Shown here: piece after piece, positions 55,665 to 64,000 of the stretch
Numbering within the stretch: the stretch's first letter is position 1
Layout: each line of letters opens with the position of its first letter
Assembly: GCA_027492255.1 (NCBI GenBank)
Contig: JAPUFB010000003.1
Location: 13,889-77,888, forward strand
Reading direction: 5' to 3'
DNA length: 64,000 nt
Source of the DNA: Candidatus Saccharimonadota bacterium
GTDB lineage: Bacteria > Patescibacteriota > Saccharimonadia > Saccharimonadales > Saccharimonadaceae
Notes under the pieces: generated by a model
The model's input: only the letters and a program-made list of their open reading frames with translations
What the model was told of the DNA's origin: nothing
The model's database searches: none
Made by a program: the position numbers and the translations under genes

Positions 55665-56369
55665 CTAAAGAGTTGAGCGACCAAAAGCAGTCAGTCCACG
55701 CTCTCCTTCACGTAGATCATTGGTACGAATCTGCAAAATTCCTCTGTCGGTTTCATTTCCGCCGATTGTTACGAGAGTATCATTCTTTACATCAAGAACT
55801 AGCGCAACATGTTCGCGGCTTTTGCCATCAGGCGTTTCTCCGAAGTAAAATGCAACATCACCAAACTTTGGCGTATAACTACCAACCATAACGTACGCGT
55901 CACTAGCTGCGTAGTAGTCTTTTAATGACACGACACCTGGTATCCTCCAGTAGTCTGTATCTTCACTTATATAAGGACGCCCTGCTTCCATCCTCACCCA
56001 GCTAATAAAATCAGCACACCAAGATTCTTCAAAGCCTTCGGTATACTTCATAACATTATCGTCATACGATTCTGGCTGTAAGAGATATTCCTGTGTAATA
56101 ATTTCTAGTAATCTTTTCTGAGCAATTGTAAATGACGTAGTATCTAGTGACGGAAATGGAGTTTGTGATTTCTTCACAGAAACCGTCGCGGCTTTTACTT
56201 GTTTATCAGGAACTGTAGTTGACTGCGTTTCCGCACCTGCTGGACGGAAGAGAACAGCTACTATGATCAATAAAAAACCTACGAAAAATACTAGTTCTTT
56301 ACTTACGCGAAACGATCGTTTTTTTGACACCGCAGGACGAACTAATGGTTTATTTCTTCTGTTATGCAT
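55665..56369 (-). CDS. CHAP-domain cell-wall amidase/peptidase, membrane-anchored
   Basis: ORF extends to 56438; the ATG at 56369 (MHNRRNK...) avoids overlap with the upstream gene. CADFISWV (Cys) and REHVALVL (His) are the CHAP catalytic blocks. Confidence 0.6.
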   Translation of the reverse strand: MHNRRNKPLVRPAVSKKRSFRVSKELVFFVGFLLIIVAVLFRPAGAETQSTTVPDKQVKAATVSVKKSQTPFPSLDTTSFTIAQKRLLEIITQEYLLQPESYDDNVMKYTEGFEESWCADFISWVRMEAGRPYISEDTDYWRIPGVVSLKDYYAASDAYVMVGSYTPKFGDVAFYFGETPDGKSREHVALVLDVKNDTLVTIGGNETDRGILQIRTNDLREGERGLTAFGRSTL

Positions 56370-56418
56370 GTTTGTTTTGGTGGTTGTTCTTATAAGTATA
56401 TCATGGAGATATTGGGTA

Positions 56419-56952
56419 TTAAAGCTCGTGGCCAACAAGCTCAGCTAGTTTCCGAGCCGTTGTGACATTACGTACAGTCATTCGCTGGTAGAGGGGAGTT
56501 CCCATGATCTTAAGGATACTGCTCTTTGGCTGGTTTTTGCGCGTCACGTTCGTAATAAGTGCTCCCTGAGTATAGAGAATTGTCTCAAATTCTGGACGAT
56601 AGCCAATTTGCTTAACAAGGTCCGGTTCATCAACATCACCGAAGAGATACAGTACGTCAGATTTTTGCTCCTTATCGTTGAGCCATGTCTCGGGGATTGT
56701 TTCTGCAATCCGCCTTACACTCTCAGCGCCTAATATAAGCAGATCCAGATTAAATCCGAAATACGCTTCGAGATGCGTCTGAACTTTAACTGGATCCGGT
56801 TTCTCCTCAGATGAAAAGATTACATTGCCGGAATTAATATACGTTATAACATCACTAAAGCCCATTTCGGTGAATAACCTCCTGAGCTCGGCCATCGGTA
56901 CACGGCGACCAATACCGACATTAATCCCACGTAGTAATAAAACGTATTTCAT
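56419..56952 (-). CDS. DUF1697 family protein
   Basis: MKYVLLLRGINVGIGRRVPMAELRRLFTEMGFSDVITYINSGNVIF. Confidence 0.7.
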   Translation of the reverse strand: MKYVLLLRGINVGIGRRVPMAELRRLFTEMGFSDVITYINSGNVIFSSEEKPDPVKVQTHLEAYFGFNLDLLILGAESVRRIAETIPETWLNDKEQKSDVLYLFGDVDEPDLVKQIGYRPEFETILYTQGALITNVTRKNQPKSSILKIMGTPLYQRMTVRNVTTARKLAELVGHEL

Positions 56953-56980
56953 AAATCTATTGTACGCTAAAGTCTTATTA

Positions 56981-58183
56981 TTACGGATTTACCGCCGATC
57001 CAAGTTCGTGAGCGGTGGTTGCGGCTGCTCCACTACCCCATACGTTCCCTGACCAGACATTGCCTGAACCGGTCAACCAATTTGAAACTACACCCCAATA
57101 CCCACATTCAGGAAAATATTTACGCCCAAACGTATTGCTTATGACACGCATAGTATTTCCAGATGCTGCGCCCTGCTCAAATCCAGCCTTAAGACAATAT
57201 CCGGCAGAATTTATAAGATTATTCTGAATCAATACATCCGAGAAAGCACCAAAATCGTCGTAATTTGCGATGCCGCCCGATGTGCAGTCACCTGGTAATA
57301 GATCAATATTATTATGAATCATCTGAATATTTGTCGCACCCCCATTAGTGCCGATTCCCGATTGATGATCCGGAGGATTACACGCATTGTCGTGAATGTA
57401 AGAATTCTGAACGACTGTATTAGATCCCATCATAGCCGCCTTACCCGTAAATGCGTGTGAATCGACTCTATTCCACGAATACCCACTTCCCTTCATCTGA
57501 ACGGCTGAACCAACTAGCTCGACATCCTGGAGCTGTACATTTGTACTCACATTAAAGTCCCCTAGCCTAAATAAGTAATCACAGGAACCGGTTACTCGAG
57601 AACGCTTTACGGTGACTGTTTGTACACCGACGGTATTATCGATATAGACACACCCATGAATATCAAGACTATCCAATACGGCTCCATCACCTGTAATCTT
57701 TACGTAGTTGAACGGTGAACCCTCCCAAGACCATCCCGTCCCACTCGTTACTTGTTCTGGCACAGACCGAAGCGTTACGCCAGTATGTCGCCAGCCGGTA
57801 CATTCACTATTTGGAACTGACGGGTATGCGCCGCAATAGGTTGAAGCAGGGGGAATTACAGGCGTAGCAGGAGGTGTTGTTTGTGTCGGCGGCGTTGACC
57901 CAGGATTTGTAGCCGTCGCAGTAGAAGATGGTGTGGCGTTTTTTGTAGCAGAGGCAGGCTTATCGGTGCTTGTAGATTTATTCGAATCAGCAGATACATC
58001 AGTAGAACTAGATGGAGATGATGGTGTCGTCGACTGAGTTTCAGCGGTTTTATTTTTCCCAGAATCTAGAGAAACAACACCACCTATATCTAATTTCAGT
58101 AATATTACGCCAACAGTTATAACCCCAAGGACAATCAAGATGAGGACTTTATACCGTACAATAATCTTTAACAGTGTTTTCAT
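56981..58183 (-). CDS. secreted/anchored protein with Ser/Thr/Pro-rich linker and parallel beta-helix-like domain
   Basis: 400 aa. N-terminal TM segment, about 90 aa of S/T/P low complexity, then repetitive N/G/V-rich turns (IHNNIDL, IQNNLIN) typical of right-handed beta-helix repeats. Confidence 0.5.
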   Translation of the reverse strand: MKTLLKIIVRYKVLILIVLGVITVGVILLKLDIGGVVSLDSGKNKTAETQSTTPSSPSSSTDVSADSNKSTSTDKPASATKNATPSSTATATNPGSTPPTQTTPPATPVIPPASTYCGAYPSVPNSECTGWRHTGVTLRSVPEQVTSGTGWSWEGSPFNYVKITGDGAVLDSLDIHGCVYIDNTVGVQTVTVKRSRVTGSCDYLFRLGDFNVSTNVQLQDVELVGSAVQMKGSGYSWNRVDSHAFTGKAAMMGSNTVVQNSYIHDNACNPPDHQSGIGTNGGATNIQMIHNNIDLLPGDCTSGGIANYDDFGAFSDVLIQNNLINSAGYCLKAGFEQGAASGNTMRVISNTFGRKYFPECGYWGVVSNWLTGSGNVWSGNVWGSGAAATTAHELGSAVNP

Positions 58184-58312
58184 ATTTTTGATTTTAGCTA
58201 TTAGTATCCTTTACTATAATTATACCTCTTTTTTTGTGGATAGGAAAGTATTACAACACTCAACCCACAAAGATGATAGCCTAGCATATTTCATGAATTT
58301 GGTGTCGAAACG

Positions 58313-59635
58313 TTACTGTTTCGCTTCTGCGTATTCTTTACTGATCACTCCATAGGCTTTCGAGCGAAACGCGATAATAGTGAGAGTGAGCATGATAAGT
58401 GATGCACATATAAAAATCAAAGCGATACCGCGCATCTCACCTGCTCCAAGTAGCCATTTAAAATCCTGTTCGCCCCGCTCTCTCATATATGGAATAACCA
58501 TAAATTGTGCAACTGGACCTATTATGAATGCTGTTATAGGAGCTGCAGCAGCTTCCATACTCTGCTTCAAGCCAAAAACGCGTCCTTGTTTTGCAAGAGG
58601 CACGATTCGCTGCATGACTACCTGTTCTGAGGCCTGTGCAACAGGCATGAAACACATATATAGAAATATCCCGAGCACATAAACCCACGCTAATTCACGA
58701 ATAGTGAAGAACAAACCAACGAACGACGTTATAATGTTCACGATCAACAAGGTTCTTAGCGGACTTTTTCCAAGTCCTGTCTTTGAAACAACTAGGCCAC
58801 CGATGATAAACCCGACACTGGTAATTGCAAGCATAATTCCCCAGATCTGTACACTAAATAACGTTAAACCATACGGATCCATGAGCGCCATGAATACACC
58901 ACCAATAAGATTATTCAATACAGCGAAGAGCATTAGCTTCCAAAGGCCTGGTATCTCAGAAATAGCTTTTACAGCGCCCTTTAGGTCCATATGCTTACCG
59001 ACAAGATTTGGGTCGTGGACAATTTTTTCTTCAGAAATCGTTACGGTGGTGAGATGTAGAAGCGCAAGCACCGTCAAGGCGATTGCCACAACGAGTGTCC
59101 AGCCAAGTCCGAGATACCCAATTGATAAGCCGCTTAATACCGACGTGACGAGAAAAGCTACTCCGCTCACTGATCCGATGAGACCATTTGCTTTATCACG
59201 TTGACTCTTAGGCACCATAATCGTCACTGTTGTTGAGAGTGCGATATTACGTAAATTCTCGACGACCGCCCCTATCAGAATAATCGCCGCAAACAACCAA
59301 AGCCATGGTGATAAAAGATCGGCTAGTTGACGCTCGCCTACAATCAAATATACAACCCCGGCCAGTACGTATGCCGTGGTACTTATAGCCGAGGACCACA
59401 TCATGACATATTTTTTGTAATTCTTATCAACGAATGTCCCAAAGAGTAATCCGCAAAAAGCCACAAGGAGCATATACAAGCCACCCACTACTGCTGTCGC
59501 GAGTACTGATTTGGTTTCAATATAGAGCCAAAATGTTAACGCAAACCACAGATAACTTGTCGTAACATTCGCAATAAGCGTGTTTATAAGTAAACGGTAG
59601 AAATGTTTCATCAATACACTAACCAGCATTCTCAA
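58313..59635 (-). CDS. MFS transporter
   Basis: 440 aa, 12 predicted TM segments, loop motif KSQRDKANGL between TM2 and TM3. Confidence 0.75.
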   Translation of the reverse strand: MRMLVSVLMKHFYRLLINTLIANVTTSYLWFALTFWLYIETKSVLATAVVGGLYMLLVAFCGLLFGTFVDKNYKKYVMMWSSAISTTAYVLAGVVYLIVGERQLADLLSPWLWLFAAIILIGAVVENLRNIALSTTVTIMVPKSQRDKANGLIGSVSGVAFLVTSVLSGLSIGYLGLGWTLVVAIALTVLALLHLTTVTISEEKIVHDPNLVGKHMDLKGAVKAISEIPGLWKLMLFAVLNNLIGGVFMALMDPYGLTLFSVQIWGIMLAITSVGFIIGGLVVSKTGLGKSPLRTLLIVNIITSFVGLFFTIRELAWVYVLGIFLYMCFMPVAQASEQVVMQRIVPLAKQGRVFGLKQSMEAAAAPITAFIIGPVAQFMVIPYMRERGEQDFKWLLGAGEMRGIALIFICASLIMLTLTIIAFRSKAYGVISKEYAEAKQ

Positions 59636-60083
59636 GGTCAGTGATAATAATCTTCTTCATCTGCATCATGGCTTGAACTTGTGCGGGTGTTTTCATCATA
59701 TCACCCATATTTTCCGGAATAATCTGCCAACTAATTCCGAATGAATCCTTACACCATCCACACTGTTCATTCTCGGGATGAGCAGATAACTTTTCCCAAT
59801 AATAATCAATCTCGGTCTGATCTTTGCATGTCACCGTAAAAGACACGGCTTCATTGAACTTGAACAGCGGACCACCATCAAGACAAAGAAAATTTATACC
59901 ATCAAGCGTAAAACTACCATTAATAACCTTGCCACCCATACCCTTAAAGTGTTCGTCAAGAGATTCGCTGGGATACCGTTCTATATGATTCACTGATGAG
60001 TTCGGAAAAACTGTACAGTAGTAGTTCATCGCCTCCTCTGCGTTATTATCAAACCATAGACTTGGAGTAATCTTTTGCATCAT
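59619..60083 (-). CDS. VOC-superfamily protein (PhnB/3-demethylubiquinone-9 3-methyltransferase-like domain)
   Basis: KITPSLWFDNNAEEAMNYYCTVFPNS...DSFGISWQI. Confidence 0.65.
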   Translation of the reverse strand: MMQKITPSLWFDNNAEEAMNYYCTVFPNSSVNHIERYPSESLDEHFKGMGGKVINGSFTLDGINFLCLDGGPLFKFNEAVSFTVTCKDQTEIDYYWEKLSAHPENEQCGWCKDSFGISWQIIPENMGDMMKTPAQVQAMMQMKKIIITDLENAG

Positions 60084-60100
60084 ATCATCCTCTTTTTACT

Positions 60101-60523
60101 TTATTGTAGCCAACTAATAATCGCAGCCGCGGCCATGTAGCATACAAATGCACCACCGGCCATAATCGCAATTTTCTTCACAATCCACCGAGGTTCAGTT
60201 CCTCCGAATAATACAGCTGATACTTGTGTTGGCAATGCAAATCCTACCCACATCAAACCTGCGAGTAGGTACGGAGACTGACTCGGTAATGCTGCAACAA
60301 TATACGCAAGCACGAACGCATTAAGTCCCACCATGAGGAACTGCATAACGAGGAGTGGCATCATTTGTCGTCGCATCTCTGTCTGTTCTTCTTGACTGTG
60401 CTTCTCAAATCCATGTATTTTCCCCCATACTCGCCCAAAAAGTGGTGTATACCAGATTGCTCCGACAATAAATTGTGTTATTGTCGCAACTAGAACAGCT
60501 ATGCCATTTATATGTTCATTCAT
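60101..60523 (-). CDS. DUF1761 family membrane protein
   Basis: 140 aa, 4 TM segments, FIVGAIWYTPLFGRVW. Confidence 0.6.
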   Translation of the reverse strand: MNEHINGIAVLVATITQFIVGAIWYTPLFGRVWGKIHGFEKHSQEEQTEMRRQMMPLLVMQFLMVGLNAFVLAYIVAALPSQSPYLLAGLMWVGFALPTQVSAVLFGGTEPRWIVKKIAIMAGGAFVCYMAAAAIISWLQ

Positions 60524-60532
60524 ATTTTCTCC

Positions 60533-60868
60533 TTATTGTATGTTCTGTATTCTATACTTTATTACTCGTTCAATAAGCGAAATCGGAAGTGATTCAGAGA
60601 GGGGAAACTGCACTGATCCTTTACCTTGCTTGTAGTGAGAAAATTCATCGCGAAACGCCTCGTGTCCATTTGGCGTTGCATAAAATCCTATATGATTTTT
60701 GTAGCCCGCGAAATACACAAGCGGCTTGCCTTTAAGTTTATACGCAGGCATACCATACGCCATAGCCTCCTCAGCCTCAGGGGCAGTCTCACGTATAACC
60801 TTACGCATCACCCTTAATCGTTGCTCGACTTCGCCATCAAATCTAGTAATATACTTATCAACGTCCAT
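60533..60868 (-). CDS. DUF1801 (YdhG-like) protein
   Basis: 111 aa, YGMPAYKLKGKPLVYFAGYKNHIGFYATP. Confidence 0.65.
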   Translation of the reverse strand: MDVDKYITRFDGEVEQRLRVMRKVIRETAPEAEEAMAYGMPAYKLKGKPLVYFAGYKNHIGFYATPNGHEAFRDEFSHYKQGKGSVQFPLSESLPISLIERVIKYRIQNIQ

Positions 60869-60944
60869 AATTGATCTTCGTATCCGGCCCTTTGGGCGCT
60901 AGTCCTTTCTATTTATTCGTGCAGTATATAGTATCTGCTTGTTG

Positions 60945-61865
60945 TTATTCTGTAATTATATTCACTGTTTTATTTTTAGATATCACTTTTTTTCTACAGC
61001 TATCACTATGGAATAGTTTCTCAGGCTTTAGTTTGCAATCATCACATATAAGTACCAGTTCATTACATTCAGGTTCAGCGCAATTTTCATAATTGCTTGT
61101 TTTATGGCCGCAATGAATACACTGTCCAATCACTTTCGTGTGGTCGGAAAAATCAACGCCCATGCGACCGTCAAAGACATATAACTGTCCTTCCCATAGT
61201 CCATCATCACCAAAGGCTTCGCCGTATTTTACGATGCCGCCATCAATTTGATAGACATCAGTAAACCCACGCTGCTTCATCATTGCACTCAGGAGCTCGC
61301 AGCGTACTCCGCCCGTACAATAACTAATCACTTTCTTATCTTTGATACTATCGTACTTGCCGCTCTCAAGTTCTCGCTTGAAGTCCCGACTTGTCCGTGT
61401 ATCTGGCACGATCGCATGTTTGAACCGGCCAACCCTTGCCTCATACTGATTGCGCCCATCAAAGAACACGACCTCATCACCGTACTTTTCAACCATCTCA
61501 TTCACCTCGTGGGGCTTCAGGTGTGTACCACTTCCAACTACCCCATTCTCATCTACGGTAATTTCGTCATAACTTTCAAAGGCGACAAGTTCTTTCTTAA
61601 CCTTCACGCTCATGCGCGGAAAATTCTCGCGACCACCCTCGCTCCATTTCCAAAGGATGTCTTTAAAACCTGGAAACTCTTTTGTTGCCTTGATGTATGC
61701 CTTAAGATCGTCAAGATCGCCCCCAACCGTCCCGTTAATTCCCTGGACACTCACAAGTATTCTTCCTTTTAGATTTAAGGAATCGCAAAGAGTTTTCTGC
61801 CACAGCTTCAGTATCTGTGGGTCTTTAACGGGAGTGAATTTGTAATACAGAAGAATTTTTTGCAT
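60945..61865 (-). CDS. trhO: rhodanese-related tRNA uridine(34) hydroxylase (UPF0176/YceA)
   Basis: YYKF...LKGRILVSVQGINGTVGG, rhodanese loop YCTGGVRCE, C-terminal Cys cluster CIHCG...CAEPEC...CDDC. Confidence 0.8.
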   Translation of the reverse strand: MQKILLYYKFTPVKDPQILKLWQKTLCDSLNLKGRILVSVQGINGTVGGDLDDLKAYIKATKEFPGFKDILWKWSEGGRENFPRMSVKVKKELVAFESYDEITVDENGVVGSGTHLKPHEVNEMVEKYGDEVVFFDGRNQYEARVGRFKHAIVPDTRTSRDFKRELESGKYDSIKDKKVISYCTGGVRCELLSAMMKQRGFTDVYQIDGGIVKYGEAFGDDGLWEGQLYVFDGRMGVDFSDHTKVIGQCIHCGHKTSNYENCAEPECNELVLICDDCKLKPEKLFHSDSCRKKVISKNKTVNIITE

Positions 61866-61868
61866 ATG

Positions 61869-62372
61869 CTACCGTACTATTTTCTCTTCCTTCAACTTTT
61901 GCCATTCGCCGTACACGAGCCAGATAATAATTGCATCAAGCAGTGAGAACAAGAACATACTGACACTTGGGTGCATGATAAATACATACACCTGGTAGAT
62001 GAAAAACATCCCTAGTACCACTAGGGCGTACGGGTATGCCCAAATTATTTCCTTCAGCAGACAATACACGAGCGCGAGTTTAACAACGCCATGCGTAATT
62101 AGGAAAAGTATCACAATCAATAATCCACCCTTCGCCAGGTCTTGATCGATATGTGCCACGTTCTCCGCCATAAACTGCATAAAGCGGCTATGGTGTTGTA
62201 CAAGCTCACCAAAAATCCCCTGCAAGAGTGCGTGAAGTGTAGCTGGAGCGATAAGCAACCATAACCCTGCCAACAGTTCGACGAGCCCGTCAAACCCCTT
62301 AACACCTACACTTATCTTGTAGGCTGTTTCGTACCACGTGCTCCTGCGAATTCTTTCAAGTAGTTCAGACAT
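61869..62372 (-). CDS. DUF2127-like membrane protein
   Basis: 167 aa, 4 TM segments, N-terminal KISVGVKGFDGLVELLAGLWLL. Confidence 0.5.
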   Translation of the reverse strand: MSELLERIRRSTWYETAYKISVGVKGFDGLVELLAGLWLLIAPATLHALLQGIFGELVQHHSRFMQFMAENVAHIDQDLAKGGLLIVILFLITHGVVKLALVYCLLKEIIWAYPYALVVLGMFFIYQVYVFIMHPSVSMFLFSLLDAIIIWLVYGEWQKLKEEKIVR

Positions 62373-62490
62373 TACTCCTATTATAATCTACCCAGTCTTT
62401 ACCCCCTATATAAATAGATATTCATCACATAATAAAAGTAACTGCCGGGTTTGCCGACAGTTACTTACTTTTGAATGCGTCAGATTATTC

Positions 62491-63222
62491 TTACTTTTCG
62501 CCTTCTTTTGCTCCGACCTCAGCTGTTGTGGCTTCTGCGCCGTTGTCGGCTGCAACTTCGCTCACATCTTCGCCTGAACCAGCAGTAGCTTCATTCTGAG
62601 CCTGGAGGGCACTTGGCTCCCAAACACTCGCGACCTGAAGATCAAAGATACTTGGCCTCTCTTCCTCATCATCCTCTTCTTCATCTCGACCATCCGTATG
62701 TTCGACTAGTTCGACATTTGCAGGCAATTTGATGTCGCCGACAAGAACTCGTTCGCCAGCTTCTTTCAGTGCGCGAATATCGACTTCAAGTGCTTCAGGA
62801 AGATCCATTGGCAGCGCCTTTACTTCAAGTTCATCGATATTCTGTAGGATGATAAGTCCGGCTTTCTCAGCTTCGCTCTCGCCTTCACCAATGAGATGTA
62901 CTGGCACCATTGCTTCAACGGGTTGGTTCGCCTTCACTGCATGAAAAGCAACGTGATTAATACGATTCTTTGCTGGATCAAAATTAACTTCCTTCACCAT
63001 TGCAATACGCTTCTTGTCTCCAAGGGTAATATGTACTGGAGCGTGAGTACCGGCAGCGCGAACAACTTTCTCAATCTCCTGGATAGTTGCTTGTGCTGAC
63101 TGTGGTGCCATCTCAGCCCCGTACACAACAACAGGAATTAAGCCCTCTGCGCGTAATTTTGCAACTTTTTTACCGTGGACCGTACGGCCACTCAAACTAA
63201 GTGTGATTTTATTGTCTCCCAT
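62491..63222 (-). CDS. rplY: 50S ribosomal protein L25/general stress protein Ctc (long form, acidic tail)
   Basis: LRAEGLIPVVVYG ... ITLGDKKRIAMVKEVNFDP ... HVAFHAV. Confidence 0.9.
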   Translation of the reverse strand: MGDNKITLSLSGRTVHGKKVAKLRAEGLIPVVVYGAEMAPQSAQATIQEIEKVVRAAGTHAPVHITLGDKKRIAMVKEVNFDPAKNRINHVAFHAVKANQPVEAMVPVHLIGEGESEAEKAGLIILQNIDELEVKALPMDLPEALEVDIRALKEAGERVLVGDIKLPANVELVEHTDGRDEEEDDEEERPSIFDLQVASVWEPSALQAQNEATAGSGEDVSEVAADNGAEATTAEVGAKEGEK

Positions 63223-63296
63223 TTCTTTCCTTTCTTCGGATACTCGTTCGGAGAACGTCTAATTGTAGTTAGATTATTATACCACAGTTTTTAAAA

Positions 63297-64000
63297 TTAT
63301 CTAAATGAGTTAGTCAATCGTGCTCGACGATTTCTCAAAAATAAGCAGCTACCTGTGATGATAACAAACGCAACTCCAATAACACCGTACATATTAATAC
63401 CAGTAGCAGCAAGATTTGGTGAGTTCGTACGCAAATACGCGTCGAGTTGAGCAGCCGTTATTCCATCACCAAGCACCTCGCCACGAGTTACTTCGACTGC
63501 GCCAATATCATAGGACCGCAACAGCGAGCGTGCTTGGCCTCGTTGATCTGTTTCAATACCAACATCCCCCGCGCTATCGATAAGCGGACTGCCCCATTGA
63601 GGCCTTAGCGTCAACGGATAACCACCAGATTGGTTGTAGCCAATAACTGCTTTTCCTCCATTGTCCACTAAGGGTGCAAGGAGAAAAGATGCAACCTGAC
63701 GAAATGCAGATCGGAGAAAAACAGGTCCGGAAAAAGCGGTTGTTGTGATGTTATTTGTCGCCGAAGTCGCCCCCGAAACAGAGAAATCACCAGTAAGTGC
63801 ACTACCCTCTAGGGCATTGTTTTGTAACGTAATATTTTTAAGTATTGTCCCATCCATGATCGCAAGATCAGAGAACACTCCAAGCGTGTTTCCGGCAAAT
63901 GTATTATGCTGCAAAAGTACGGTGGTATTGGTCGTAAGCGATTGCAGCGGACAGCTTGGGTTCAGTGTCGAATCTAGAGAGATTACTGCGGCAGGTGAGC
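63297..64000 (-). CDS. cell-surface protein, C-terminal part (beta-helix / choice-of-anchor-Q-like) with LAATG sortase-type sorting signal; continues beyond window end
   Basis: The reading frame stays open upstream of the listed TTG (63914) to position 64000. DQRGQARS...YDIGAVE, then NLAATG plus a 20-aa hydrophobic stretch plus RNRRAR. Confidence 0.6.
   Translation of the reverse strand, partial: SPAAVISLDSTLNPSCPLQSLTTNTTVLLQHNTFAGNTLGVFSDLAIMDGTILKNITLQNNALEGSALTGDFSVSGATSATNNITTTAFSGPVFLRSAFRQVASFLLAPLVDNGGKAVIGYNQSGGYPLTLRPQWGSPLIDSAGDVGIETDQRGQARSLLRSYDIGAVEVTRGEVLGDGITAAQLDAYLRTNSPNLAATGINMYGVIGVAFVIITGSCLFLRNRRARLTNSFR

Overview
Gene-dense 64-kb bacterial chromosome segment: about 75 protein genes and 8 tRNA genes, mostly on the minus strand, with many stop/start overlaps. 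TGA, TAA and TAG all terminate ORFs, so the standard code 11 applies. Backbone genes are ligA, ddl, rarA, uvrC, typA/bipA, secG, L25/Ctc, trx-fur, htpX-lemA, pncB, two tandem GH13 alpha-glucosidases, an ABC exporter, an MFS transporter, a peptide-type SBP, an ECF sigma/anti-sigma pair, CHAP and glucosaminidase wall hydrolases, a heliorhodopsin and many small DUF proteins. Content and compact style suggest a small-genome monoderm, possibly a Saccharibacteria/Patescibacteria-like episymbiont; this is inference only.

An AT-richer accessory segment lies at about 24.3-33.4 kb next to tRNA-Gly. It contains:
- an orphan, translationally coupled three-gene operon ending in a HEPN-like protein (26635-29055), my top candidate for an undescribed defence-type system;
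- a convergent PD-(D/E)xK-like gene;
- a 4.2-kb islet bounded by a tRNA-Gly 3' direct repeat, carrying a C39-like peptidase, an alpha/beta-hydrolase / S51-like / Rx4H protein operon and a REP-flanked RAYT-like Y1 transposase.

Nearly every tRNA locus carries partial self-copies (5' or 3' fragments, antisense boxes). Two of these copies are interrupted by a conserved 85-90-nt hairpin-rich element with compensatory stem changes, which I cannot classify. Two short high-GC patches (1-319 and 19077-19652) look horizontally acquired. Other observations: a YegI/PphC-like kinase-phosphatase pair, recurrent leaderless-type promoters (-10 hexamer exactly 6 nt before the ATG), a palindromic bidirectional ECF-type promoter, non-canonical tRNA elbows and two decayed genes.
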